The notes under the pieces were generated by a model. That model saw only the letters and a list, made by a program, of their open reading frames with translations, was not told where the DNA came from and did not search any database. The translations under genes and the position numbers were made by a program. This document shows positions 1 to 47,094 of a DNA stretch of 63,438 bases, one piece after another. This stretch comes from Paraspadella gotoi. Taxonomy: Eukaryota > Animalia > Chaetognatha. How positions within the stretch are numbered: position 1 is the stretch's first letter; every line of letters starts with the position of its first letter. The DNA lies in contig CM119263.1 of NCBI GenBank assembly GCA_051294375.1, positions 15,354,532-15,417,969 of the forward strand. Reading direction: 5' to 3'.

Positions 1-684
1 AAAAAAGGGGAATAAATCCAACTAAAAAAAAAAACGAATAAAAACTAAAAACGCGGAGATAAAGAGCAAAGAAAGTAAAGAAACAACAGAGGGGAAAACA
101 ACCGAGACAAATAGGGAGAAAACGGAGGAACGACTGAGAAATTTCGAAATGCGCGCGCGACCTCGGCATGTGCGCGTGGGGTCGTATGCGTGTAAGCTTT
201 CGGTCCTCTGAGTGCGAAACTCCATTAGAGTTTACTTGCGGGATGCGGAGAATACTTTTGCCTTCTTGTGTGTGTGTGTGTGTGTTTTTTTTTTGTTGAA
301 AATAAAAATAAGGAAGTAAAATATCCGTAAATTCACTCAATTGTGAAAACAATATTGTTTAAATTCAACTAAAAAATTATCCCTCAAAATCTCATTCCTT
401 TACGCTGCTCACAAGAAGTGAAATTCTCATACACATAGTATCATCTTCACAACAAATAGTTGAAATTGGCGAAATTCAGTTTTTTGTTTCGAGTACACTG
501 GTTTTTTATGCTTAAGGAGGTCCGGTTTGTTTTTAACTTTCTGCCAATCAACATTCAGCAAATCCGGTCTCTTTCATATCGCGTGTCAACAACTCCTTTC
601 CTACTTTTATTAACACCAAAACTCGAATCCTATCTCTCGCCTCATCCTAGGTAAACTTCTGTTCTCCAGGTAAGTTTTACTTAC

Positions 685-1015
685 CGAAACCTGTTAAACT
701 CCGCCTCGTTAAGAAATTCAAAGTAACGATGCCACATACTGATTCAGTTACTTTTTTCAACCCTGTAAAGTTGTCCTTGTCATCGACGATATCTGGCGGG
801 AGAAAAGTTTTTTTTCGCAGAAAGGTTATCGTTGTTGTCATACCGTTGCACTTTTTAGCGAAACAGCGCTTTTCGTGGAATTCTAACTTTGGATGGAAAC
901 TAAATAAAAAGACATCAACATCAATGTCGAAACTAGCTCGGCCCGGCCCGGTTCTTAATGCAATCGAACCTGGAATCTCTCTGCGACGGCACAATTCCCG
1001 AGCTGTTAGAGCCAC
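685..1015 (-). CDS. Putative exon segment of an unidentified antisense gene (may extend to ~1750 with indels)
   Basis: Non-repetitive ~110-codon open frame ending at a G|GTAAGT donor (684); no homology recognised. Confidence 0.3.
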
Positions 1016-1956
1016 GTCGGCTCCGGAGGTTTAGTTACGGCCGCGGCAGCGACGGCGGCGGCTGCGGCGTGTTAGGCAGAAGCAGAGTTCAGAACCGGGT
1101 GAAATGTTGAGCGAGTTTTTGAATAATTGTGTCGCTCTCTCTTTCTCGACTTTTATTATCGCTTTAATTTTTATCAACGGTTGACGTTTAGAAATTTTTT
1201 CAGGTGACCTGTTACGAATGAACTCAGCGCTTATTTTCTGTCGTCAACTTTCGAAAAATCTCATCGGAAACTCCCTAACGCAAACTTTCAAATTTTCAAC
1301 GAAAAAGTTGGATGAATTTTTGGGTTTTTGCGCAAAGAGAAAAATTCGGTCGACAAGTTGAATGTTGACGAAATAAACATTAGAGTTGAAAAAAATGGAT
1401 GGACTTTGAACAACCGTGGGAAACTTTTTTTATTCCTATTGGTTGACTCAGCGGAGTTCATCCTGAGGGTAAAGGCGTTGATGCACCGTGGAAAAGAGTT
1501 GGTCGCAAATCGAGTTGCTTCAAGTTGCAGTCCAATGGCCAGACAGAGAAGTTTAAAAGTTTATAATTTTGCACTAAGTTCTAATCTCACTCGAAAAATC
1601 TTTGGCATCCTTTTACTGTAGCTCACTTCTATTCATGATGCGTGCAAAATTCCTTTTATTACATTCCTATAATATTGGAAAGACGGAGGCCAACGAGCAA
1701 GAATGACTGAAGGGATCTGCTTCTCGCCAGAGTAAAAAGAACAATAGACCGGAAGAGGGCAGAAAAAATATTGTAAAAAAAAACAAAAAAACAAAAAGAA
1801 CAACCAACCGAAAAAATAGTGGGAAAAAATAGCGACGCTTTGCCAAACGTCGGAGCAAACAGCGCTTGGATCAGAAAGGAGAAAAAAAAGGAAACAGCCG
1901 AAAGAAGACGGCAGACAAAAGAAAAATAGGCGGATAAAGAAAAGAGGATGGGGTGC

Positions 1957-2012
<56 letters not shown>

Positions 2013-3666
2013 CGAGAAAGAAAAATTGGAAGGCTTAAATTTCTCGTCCCCGTCAACGGAGATATTGATTTCTAGTAAAAAGAATCCGCCAATGAGCAAA
2101 GCTGCCAAAATCAGGAGTAACAGTGAAGATTAAAAGCCCCCGAAAAAAATTAAACATTTTACAAATTTAGAATAACATAAATGCATAAATTTTGAAATAG
2201 AATATTTCTATAAAAGAACGAAAAAATCTACAAAGAAAAAGAAAGAGAAGAAGAAATCTATTTCTTATTTCTTAAAAAAAAAAAAAAATCAAAATGGAAA
2301 AAAAAATGGGGGTGTGAATTTTGCAACGGATCCGCGAATTCCGTCTCCAAAATCCTTCTCCGGAAAAAAACGGAAGAAAAAGCAGCCAGTTTCGCCGGGC
2401 TCGAGTCCAAAGGCCTCGACAACGACAACGACGAGGACGCCGCCGCTATCTCCGCCGCTACCGCCACCGCCGCCGCCGCCGCACAAGGTCAGCAGAGGAT
2501 GAGAATCTCTCTCGGCTCGCGACCCAAATTCCGAGCAAATCGCTCGCCTGTTTTCTTCACCTTCGCCCGCCATGAAATTTGGCGATAATCGGCGCGAGAC
2601 TCACGTCCTCGATTCCCGGATGTGAGAATCACGCCCACTCTTTTTTTTGGGCGCAATTTAAAGATAAAAAAGGGGAAATCTAATCGGACGAAAACGATGA
2701 CCAAGATGACGACGACAATAAAGACGACGAGGATGATGAAATCAAGGATTCTGCTTATTTTCTCTACCGACTTTCAGAACAACAACAACACAACCTTCGT
2801 GCTCTTGACCCTCACAAGGAGTTAGAGAAAAAGCAAGGGGGAGGAGGAAGAGGAGTAGGAGGAGGACTAAGCGAGGATGAACAAGAAAAACATAAACACT
2901 AACAAGCGAAAACGAAGAAGACAAGGAAAGAAAAATAAAGAAAAGAGAAACGAGAATTAAAGAATAGAAGGATAGACGGACCTCGTGTAAGTCAAAAACG
3001 ACCCCGACTCTTAACAGGATGATAATAAACATTTCATAGTGAGTCATATCGAGTTATTTTCCATCGCTTTTTTTGTTTAAACGCGAAACGCTCTACCTTA
3101 AGCCTTAAGTAAACAACTTCGTCTGTCTCTATTTTGTATCTTCTTTTTCAGATTTTCCTTTTGATACTTCTCTTCTATTGAATGGCTTCGTCGGCGTCGT
3201 TGTGATGGCAACGAACCGTGAAAAGATAAAAACATTGCAATCAAAAACTCGTTAAATGAAAAGCGAAGCCGAAAAAATAAATCGGATAAAGCTGATCTTA
3301 AAAGACGAAGTAGAAAATAAGAAAACTAAAAAATAATAAAAATAAAAAAAAACTTAAACTGTGAATAAAAAAAAACGCAAAAACACGACAACCGCTCCCC
3401 GACCTCAAGTATATTCTTTGTTTCACGATCGTAAAATACCGTCGTAATATTGTACGCAATCTATATGCAAATTTAGGAAGAATTTATTTTCTGCGTCGAT
3501 ATTTTTCGTTTTGACGCAGAAACTTTTTGGAAAAAACATATTTCGATCGAGACGAACCCACGACCCCTTTACCACTTGGATATTTCCAACTTCCCCGAAT
3601 TATCGTCTTGTTTCATGACCATAAACTAAATTTTCAACGACAACAGCCACCGCAACAACCGAAACA

Positions 3667-37436
<33,770 letters not shown>

Positions 37437-38713
37437 CGCGATTGAAAGGAGAAAGAGGAACGGTGTGAAAAGACTATTGCGTTAAATCATTGATTCTCGT
37501 TTTCATTGTATTTTTGTTTTCATATTTTTAGTTGCTTTTCGGTCGGTCTCTCAGTCGGTCCGTCCGTCTGTCTCACTTACGTTAAAAATGCATATAATTC
37601 TAACTATATGCTAAAGCCTATAGTTGGTTGCTCATTTGTTAAGAGAGAAAAAACCCCAAATCTATGGGACTGCAAGCGCCGCCTTCAGGAATTCCTAAAA
37701 CTATAAGGAATAAAAGACGATATTTGGACGCAGTGCATGTGATAAATACATGGGCAAAGAAAGTTTTTTAGTCATGTCATGTCATGTCATATAATATCAT
37801 GTGATCAAATGGAAATGAAGTCATTGTGGCGCAACACATTGGAATTACCGTTCTTGTTTTTTTATTCTTTAGTTTTTCGCTTCATTAATCCGCATACATT
37901 ACTTCATACGGAATAGATGTAACTATATGAAAAGATACAAAATATTTTGATTTGCGTAGTAACGACTAGCAGAAAATAGGGAGTACTCGCTCCAGAAGAA
38001 AGATGTCGTTAAAATGAGTCAGAAAAAAAGGAAGCAGTAGCGATGGATTTAAAGAAGATAAAAAAAGACTTAAAAAATAATAGAAGATTAGCAGAAGATT
38101 ACAACAAGATTTTAAAACGAGACTTAAAAAAGGCAAATGCGAAATGAACGGGAAAAATTGAATTGGTTTACCGTCTTGTCACTCGCAGAAGACGCCTCAA
38201 GCGCGACGCTTCGCAACGCGCCTTTTGCAACGCGCCCAACGAAGCGCACATCAATGCGCTTAATAACACAACTTGCTAAGCGCTTAGTAAAACGTCTTTG
38301 AAGACTTTTAAAAGCCTCTTTCCCTTTCTGGCTCGAAAAAAATTAAAAAACGGATAAGAAAGGTAAAAAAAAAGAAAGGAAAGAGGAAAATGAATAAAAA
38401 AATAAGGAGAAAAAAAAAAGAATAAATTTGTCTCGCGTCATCCTCAGGCATTTTTCTCTTTTCCCTCAGATGCGCCCGAGCGAGCGAACGAGCGAACGAA
38501 CGAGGGAAGAGAGCGAGAGAGATAGAGCGAGAGAGAGATAGAGTGAGATACTTGACAGGTTCATAACTCGATTTGCAAACACTTCATCATTAAGAAGAAA
38601 AAAAAATAAAAGAAATAATAATAGAAAGAAAAAAAACTATCGAGCTAAGAAATTAAGAAAGAAAAAGATAATTACACACGTTGCCACGGTTACCGATTTG
38701 CCGTTGGAACCTC

Positions 38714-38781
<68 letters not shown>

Positions 38782-39648
38782 GAGAGAAAGAGAGAAAGAG
38801 AGAAAGAAAGAAAGAGAAAGAGTTCTCTGCAGCCAACCCCAAACTGCTTGCGAATATCGCGCTTCGAGTCATTTAAGATAACGGGGTTATTTTTTGCAGC
38901 CACCTCTTCCTCCTAAAACTTTTTTTCTTCTTCCATCCTTTTTTCGTTTTACTTTCTTTTCCTATTTTCTTTTTTCTTCTTCATTCTTTTTATACCTTTC
39001 CTTTTTTAGTGTCGAGGTCTTAAAGACGAAGGATCCATTTTGGTTCTTCTTTGACGATTTTTACTTCCATCTTCCTTCTCTCGTTTTCTGTCCCCATTGT
39101 GCCTCAATCACTTAATAATCAATTAATGGCATAATGCTAAAATTTTCTCTCCCTTTCCGAGAACTGACCTTTGTCCAATTACCACTTTAAAACAACTTCC
39201 TCTCTAATCTACGCTTCCTCATTTCCTTGAGCCACTCATTCTTATTCTCGCTCCATTTTCCTACTTTGTTCCATCCCTCCATCCATCCATCCCTCCTTCC
39301 ATCCATCCCTCCATCCGTCCAGATCCAACCTCATTCCCTCCTCTCTCCCTCCCGCTCATCTCTTTCCAAGTTTCTCCTCCCCTTTACAGTCTGCATTTTA
39401 TGTCCGGGAAGAAACGGTACAAAAAATTTATTATGTTTTTTTCCAATTTTCTTTCTTTCCATTTTTCTCCACTTTTTTCTCTTTCTTTTTTTTTTTTTTT
39501 TGGCTCGTTGGCGTCATTTTTTTTTCCCGCGTTATTTTCCCGTCGGTTGTGTTCCTTTCATTTCCCTCCGCTTTACACCAGTTTATACTGTCAGTCGTGA
39601 CTGTCGCTCTGTCACTTGATCCCGAGCGGAGACGATTCTCTCCCCCGC

Positions 39649-39704
<56 letters not shown>

Positions 39705-39705
39705 T

Positions 39706-39744
<39 letters not shown>

Positions 39745-39945
39745 CTTTCTTAAAGAAATGGCAATCGCGGATGGGTGAACGTTGTGAAACAATGACAACC
39801 GAACTTTGTTTTTGCGTTCGACGATTCCTGTATTTGTTTTGCGCTACCATCATTCATCTTCTCATTCCCTCTTACAACACACCATTCCTTCATCTTTTAT
39901 TTCCCAGTTTTTTTTCGTACATCTTTTTCCTCATCTCTCTCTCTT

Positions 39946-40022
<77 letters not shown>

Positions 40023-40184
40023 TTCTCTCTCATTCTCACTCACTTTCTTTTTCGTTTTAGTTCTCAGCCTTCTCGCTTCTCTCTATGGCCCATAACATAC
40101 ATTTTCTTCCCTTGCCTTCCTTCTTTTCTCGTCACACTTTAAAAAACTCTCACGTAATGTCTCTCTTTCTTTCTTTCTTTTCTT

Positions 40185-40283
<99 letters not shown>

Positions 40284-42020
40284 ATAAAAAAAAACTTGAT
40301 GTGAGACGATTACCATTTCTTCAACCAGACAAATGGCTGCGTGCTGGAAGCCTGAGAGAGAGAGACACACAGAGAGAGACAGAGAGAGAGAGACAGAAAG
40401 AGAGAGAGAGAAGAATCCAGAGACAGTGGGAATGAACGGAGAAATTTAAAGAAGAAACAGGAAATAAATAAAGCGGCATCAGGGAATAATTAAGGGGACC
40501 CCCACTATTGGACGCTTGTAAATTTCGCGACGCGCATTGCATTGGTTAATGAGTTCGTCAATGCAGATTTCGCGACGCGTTTCCTCGGTACAAACGCCTT
40601 TTTATTCTGAATTCGAAAGGAAATCGTTTCGTACGACGTTCATCGTTTTTGGTCTCGGAATAAAAAAAAAAAAAAAAAAAGGCAGCGTCTTTTGTCGGGA
40701 CGATGATTTATTCCTTATCTCGTCCAAATTGTTTCCATTTTTATGTCCAATTTATTATTATTTCTTTTTTTGAAGGAAACAGTTTCATTATATTCATAGG
40801 CCTCTCGGTTAAACTTTAAAAGATAAAAGTTTAAAACAAATTAAATTTTTCAGTTTTACAGGATTGAACGAATATTGGTTTAATGTTTATGTTACTATTT
40901 TATTCAAAATTTATACTTTAATTCCGCCTTCATCGTTATTCAAGTGATAATAAAAATATTAATGTAAACATATTTTAAAGAAGAAAAATCGTCGTGAAAT
41001 TCACGTGACTGAGAAACCGAGTAGGAAAAAAGATCACAACCGAGACAAAAAAGTGGGAATAGCTTCTGAGGAAAAAAGAGAGAAACTGGGAAGAGGGAAA
41101 AAAATTATTGTTTTCCCGCGTGAACTTTGCAACGCTGTGGCAGCGGTGGCGGCGGCGGTGGCGGCGGCGGCGATAGTAGCGATGGCGGTGACGGTGATGG
41201 CGTTGGTGGTTGCGGTGGGCGGTGGTGAAGGCCGGAAAGACCAAAGTAAAAATAAAAGAAAATATTAAAAGCCGCGGGAAAGATAAAAAGGAATAAAATA
41301 AAAGAAAAAAGACTAAAAATTGAGATGCAAAACGTTTTAAGCAGTTTCCGTAGACCGACCCGGGGGGGTGGGTTAAATGCTTTGCCGGAAGGAAATGGTT
41401 AAGTTATCGACGCAAAATATGTGTAGCAAAAATGATTAAAAAAGGAAAAAGAACAATACTATTAACGAGAGTATAAAATCAAGAATGAGATAAAAATAAA
41501 GATCGATTTGATTTGAAAACAACATTAAATAGCGACTTGAGGAAGGACGTCGACCTCAACGAAGCTGAAGCAACCACATAAAATACACAGAAATTATCGC
41601 GTTTCGGAATTTCGACGGCGAAATTCATTTTGGGGACCAAAGATGAAAAACGTTTTACGAGGGACGAGCGAGCGGTCGCCGCAAGGGGAATTTGGGTAGA
41701 TGAATTACGACCCGGTTCGGTGGCGTTCGTGAGAAACGTGGCAAGCGCCGCCAGCTAGATTATCGAGACAAAAGCATAGCTGGTATATAGTACGTTGATA
41801 TACAAAAGCACGGAAAAAAAATAACCAAAAGAATTATTCGGACAACAAGCCAAATGAAACGTATTTAAACTTTAAAGAATCGTCCAAAACAAAAGTTAAA
41901 AAAAAACTCTCTTCCATCTCGTCTGATTCCATCTGCACCAAAATACTTTGGAATTTTACCTGTTTTCCTCGATTCTTCTATCGTCTTATTCACGCTTCTG
42001 CCATTAATTTTTTTCTATAA

Positions 42021-42198
42021 TTCTGCCATCTTTTTCCTTTTTTCTGCCATCTTTTTCCTTCTTTCTGCCATCTTTTACCTTCTTTCTGCCATCTTTTACC
42101 TTCTTTCTGCCATCTTTTTCCTTCTTTCTGCCATCTTTTTCCTTCTTTCTGCCATCTTTTTCCTTCTTTCTGCCATCTTTTTCCTTCTTTCTGCCATC
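42021..42198. repeat. 21-bp minisatellite (TTCTGCCATCTTTTTCCTTCT) x ~8.5, with a degenerate related array at ~42280-42410
   Basis: Direct reading; it produces the spurious (RWQKEGK)n ORF. Confidence 0.9.
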
Positions 42199-42852
42199 GT
42201 CTCATCTTCGTTTCGGCCCATTTGTTTCTTTTATCCACCTTCTCACCTCCACTTGCGTTATTCTTATTTTCCTTTCTTCCGCTTCCGCCATCTATTTATT
42301 CGCCTCCGCCATCTATTTTTTCGCTTCCGCCAACTTTCCCTTTTCCACTGTATCTTCATCTCTTTCGCTTCCACCATCTTTATCGTTTTCGCTTCCACCA
42401 TCTTTATTTCCTTCGCTCTGGCCAATCTTGGACGCCCCGAGCATCGGGGACGGGGCAGGACGGGCCATTTCTCACGAGTCACTCGGGACACGAAAGTTTC
42501 GGAGCAATAAAACCCGAAACTCGAAAAAATTGAAGGCGACCATGTGCTGCCGTCGGTTCGCCGCCATTGCAGCTACAACGCCGTTCTGTCGCCCTGTGGT
42601 CCCTCGCTACCGCTTGCTTTCTCGACTTAACGATCTAAGTTTTCATTTATTGTAAAGTGACCGTCTCGTTGATTCTACTCTCGTCAGTCTAAGCGACCAG
42701 TTGTTATATTTGTTAAAACGACAATCGAATTAACGACATTATTTCTTGTCTGTTTGTTAAATATTCACAAATATGAAAAATCAAATTGCAAAGTATTTAA
42801 AAAGAATAAAAAAACCCTCAAACCAAGAATAATGTAATTATATTGTTTCGAT

Positions 42853-43000
42853 TATGGCATCGGCCGGATTGCCTGTGAAGCTCAATGGGATGGGGCATCT
42901 CACTGTTGCGTTCAGGGACGCCACCTATCACTAGAGTAGTGAGAACGTAACGATTGGGATGATGAGTAAATGGGATCGGCGGTGTGAATATACCGCCACA
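42853..43000 (-). mobile_element. 148-bp solo LTR of a related family
   Basis: The minus strand starts TGTGGCGGTATATTCACACCGCC and ends CAACAGTGAGATGCCCCATCCCATTGAGCTTCACAGGCAATCCGGCCGATGCCATA, matching the TRIM LTR ends; flanked by CGAT on both sides (42849-42852, 43001-43004). Confidence 0.85.
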
Positions 43001-46000
43001 CGATCATCATTTCACGCTTAAAGTCCTTCGACCGTGATCACTGATCAGCCATTGATGTCGGCGCTTCTCCGATTTCTTGCTTTTTTTTGCAGAGAAAATC
43101 TATATTTTTCCTTTCATTCCTAAGGGGAAAAAATCAAAGTAAATATTGCGACTGAAAAAGTATGATGTCGAAGATATTTTTTTTTGTAAGTATGACGGAT
43201 GGAGAAAATAAATATTTTGTGGCTAATCAAACATTGAGGTTTATTAAAGTTAAATATATGACTTCTTTTCAGACGCTCTTTTTCCGTCTCTACTTTCTCT
43301 TTAATAGTTTAGTGAGATAACAATTCATTTAATTTTTTTTAAAGACCAAAGGTCCATAGCTGTGTTTGGTTTCTTTATTTTAGCTTCGTTTTAAATGGAT
43401 CGTGAAAAACGTCGACTCGGCAATAATTCCGACGCCAATCGTCGGCGTTTTCATAAACTGATGAAATTCGAGCGAATCATATTCAAGCCATTCATTACGA
43501 CTTTTTGTGTGAACCAGGATTTTGAGATTACTTATGTTAACTAATAACTATGTATTTATCGAGTTAATTTCTCCCAATTTATCCCAACGTTATCGTCCAA
43601 TCACCATCAATCCGTCGATCAACGGTTATCAGCCAATCAGCGTCCAACGGATCATTATCTCCCATTCATCATCACCGAGAAGGCGTCGGTGATTACGAAC
43701 CGAGGGGAGATCCTTTTCTCTTTTTTCGCCAGATGATGACGACGATTATCTTTATACGTAATTCCTTCTCTTTTCTCTCTCTCTCTATTTCTCTCTCTTT
43801 CTCTCTCTCTCCTCTCTCTCNNNNNNNNNNNNNNNNNNNNNNNNNCGCCTCCCCCCACCGCTTTAACGAAACATGGTGAATAGTCATAAAATTGTAATAA
43901 CATGTTCATTTATTAATATACTTTTACTGCTGAGAGGCAAAAATGTGAATCACGAGACGCAAGAAAAAGGTTTTAAAAAAGAATCTGGACGGAAAAGGTG
44001 GGGCGGATCTCCAGTCAACTTTTTCTCCTCGCTCTCTCTCCTCTATTTCCTCTTTCTTCTTCTCTCTATCTTCATCCTCTTTCTCTCTCTCTCTCTCTCT
44101 CTTTCCTTTTCTCTCCTCTCTCGACATTGGTGGTGAGGGAACTATGGTAAAAAAGAGTTTTTTTGGGGGAAAAAATTTCGGGTTTAATAAAACATTTCCG
44201 CCCAATTTCACGCGTTAGGTTTTTTTAAATATACCGGTTGGCTGTCATAATCTTTCTCTCGCTTCTCTCTCTCTCTCTTTCTCTTGCGGTCTCATACTCT
44301 TCTTCACGTCCTTCGTATCTCATCTTCTTTTCTCTCGTTCATCTCTTCCGGTGATAGGTACTTCTTTCCCCGCTCTAGATCAACTCTTGTGTGTCTCCTC
44401 TCTCTTCCTATCTCTCATCTTTTCCATCCTCCTCATCTAATCTTTGTCTAGAATTCGCACACGGAAGTGAAGACGAAAGGAATCGACTCGCGGCACTGTG
44501 GCATTATATTTAACGTGGAGTTTTATTCGCAAGAGCATTGGCAAAATTGAGTTTTGGTATCAACATCGAAAGAAAAACTAACGGCGTACTTTTCTCTAGA
44601 GAGAGCAATCCTAATTTACTGTTGTCTCTCCCCTGTGCCTTCTTCACAAGAACTTATTATTATAAAAATTTATAGAACCGTTAATAAGAGCACAATTTCA
44701 GCTAAGACTTGTTGAGAGAACTTCCCGTAACTTGGATCCTTAGGAGGATCCTTATCTTATCCTAACATTGCCGAGAATCACACACTGTGGCTCTCAATTC
44801 TATCTTCCTCAGTTTTCTCTCCTCCCACCTCTCTCTCTCCTCCGTCGCTCCTCTCTCGTCCCACAAACCTCTAAAGCTCTCTCTCGGTGTTTCTCTCTTC
44901 TCTTTCCTCTACCATCGTCTCCTCACTCTGTCCTTACTTCCTCTTCCCTCTCGGCGGATCTCCGTACTTTTCTCCAACTCTCTAAATACCCTTTTCCTGT
45001 TTCGTATTCTTCGTTTTGTCTTAAGGTTATCCCGAATCGATCAACATGAATCGATTGGTTTGGCAAAAACCTGACACAAAAACTCTCGAGGGTTTAACTT
45101 GTATAATATTTAAAAAAATATATATTCTGTCAAATAAGAGGTGTGGATCGAAACACACAGAGTATTTTGTTTCAAAAAATGTTTTAGCTTTTCGTAAGGT
45201 GGTAAAAAACAAAAGGGTCATTTGAGCATGATCAAGACGCACGGGGTATGGCAAAATTTTGTAAAAATTAACTCTAAAGACACTGACATACTGCTTACGC
45301 ACCAATAAGTACAAATATTAGCATATACATATACTGAAACGAGTAGTATTTCCGATTGCCTTGTTTTTTTTTTATAATATTATATTTTTGGTATTAATTT
45401 TCACTAATTCTTTTCTTCGAAACACGATTATAAAAAAAAATGACGAAAGTGTGGGAAATAACGTGAAAAGGCAGCAAGGTCGTGACGTTGGCCAGCCCGC
45501 CAAACGAGTTCTAACCACTTCTACTATGGATAGCGATTTGTTTCTAGACGTTCATTAACAAGCGAGATCGGTAAAGGGTCCTCGGTGTTTTCCGCGACTT
45601 TGCAGATGCGCGCGGGGCGAATAATCGAAACATTTAAAGAGAGCGAATCGAAGCCGGAGGTCGGCATTAAAGCGCCGCAAGATTTAACTTCCCGGTTTAT
45701 GTCTGTTTTTATGGAGTAGTAAACGCGAGATCTATTTGGGTTGTTAGTGTTTTCTATGGACGCGAGTGATTTGGCAGCCTTTCTGCTCCTCGCGGGGCCA
45801 ATGGCTTGCGGAGAGAGAATGAATAATTAAAATCTGAATTCAAATACTTAATTTTAATCAAAAAAAAGAAGGAAAAGATGATGAGAATAGGAAGCATCGT
45901 TAACTATCGGCTCAACTGCTCTCAATTTCGCCGGGCTGCCTCGCTAAGCGCGCTCCCGGTAATCGTCGTTCGGATAAACAGGTCCAAAGCCCACACGCAT

Positions 46001-46880
46001 CCGAGTTTCACGCCCTTCAATCCCCGAACTCTCGGCGCCCCGCGTCGCACACACAGTCCACGGAAAAAAAAAAGCCGGGGCTAATAGTAGCTAGAAAGGG
46101 AGCTTTCGAGAATGACGAACGAGACGACGCATCCAACAAAAGAGCAGCAGCCTGGGATGCGCGGACTGCGGAACGACGCTTCGCCAGACGGTGTTTTGCG
46201 AGCGGGCGTCAACGATTGGGAGACGGGGCGCGAGTGGCGGCGTCTGGACTGAGTGACGGGCGAGATTAGGAGAGTAAGGATTGGGTACTGGGTGAAAGCC
46301 CCAGTACTAAGCCGGTGGGAGGGGCATCCACCTCCTTTAATATCACCATCTAAGCCGTCTCGGATTTTCAATACTAATTATCTCCAACAGCTTAATGTTT
46401 ATTTTTTTATCGCTATACCATCGCTTGTGTCGTGTCAGAATTTCTATTTACAATGCACGTGTACTTTACTTACGTACAATACTGATAATGTATACTTTAA
46501 TGATGAAAATAATCTTAAAGTTAGAAAATGCCTTTCCCTTGCGATTTCACTTTTAAAAACCTTTTTTTGTTGTAAGATGGTGATGATTTACCAAGCGAAT
46601 TAGTTATTGAAAAGACAAAAGAAGTTGAGGACGATCGCAGAACGCGCATTCTTTTCCTGCTCTCGAACCGTCCACTCTTATTTGGGTTTGCAGCTCGGCT
46701 GCAACCTTTTGTTGGTTTTTGCAATGAGAGTGCCAATTTGCTTTTTCAGCTTGTTTTTTCTTTCGCAAGGAGCGACTATCCCTGGTAATTCTCCCGATTC
46801 CTATCCTTTAGGAACTTGATAGAGGGAGGGAGGCGAGAGAGAGAGGGAGAGAGGAGAGGAGAGAGGAGAGAGGAGAGGGA

Positions 46881-46920
<40 letters not shown>

Positions 46921-47041
46921 AACAACATCTGATCGATTTCCCCTCCTATTTTCGGTTGGATCCATTCCCTGATTAAGTCGATTGGCTTTTTTTTTCCCCG
47001 TGGACTTTTTTTCTTTCTTCCGGAGATTTTTTACTCTCTCT

Positions 47042-47094
<53 letters not shown>

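Noticed and set aside
41990-42238. (RWQKEGK)n repeat-protein ORF
   Set aside because: Fully explained by a 21-bp minisatellite; no splice or homology support.
43459-43490. CTGATGA hammerhead-like cores (also 62621, and the minus strand near 63070)
   Set aside because: No correctly placed GAAA or closing stems I/III.
46283-46350. GTACTGGG-TGAAAG-CCCCAGTAC hairpin followed by AAGCCGG, superficially twister-like
   Set aside because: The pseudoknot partners and P1/P2 layout are absent, and the inverted copy disrupts the stem.
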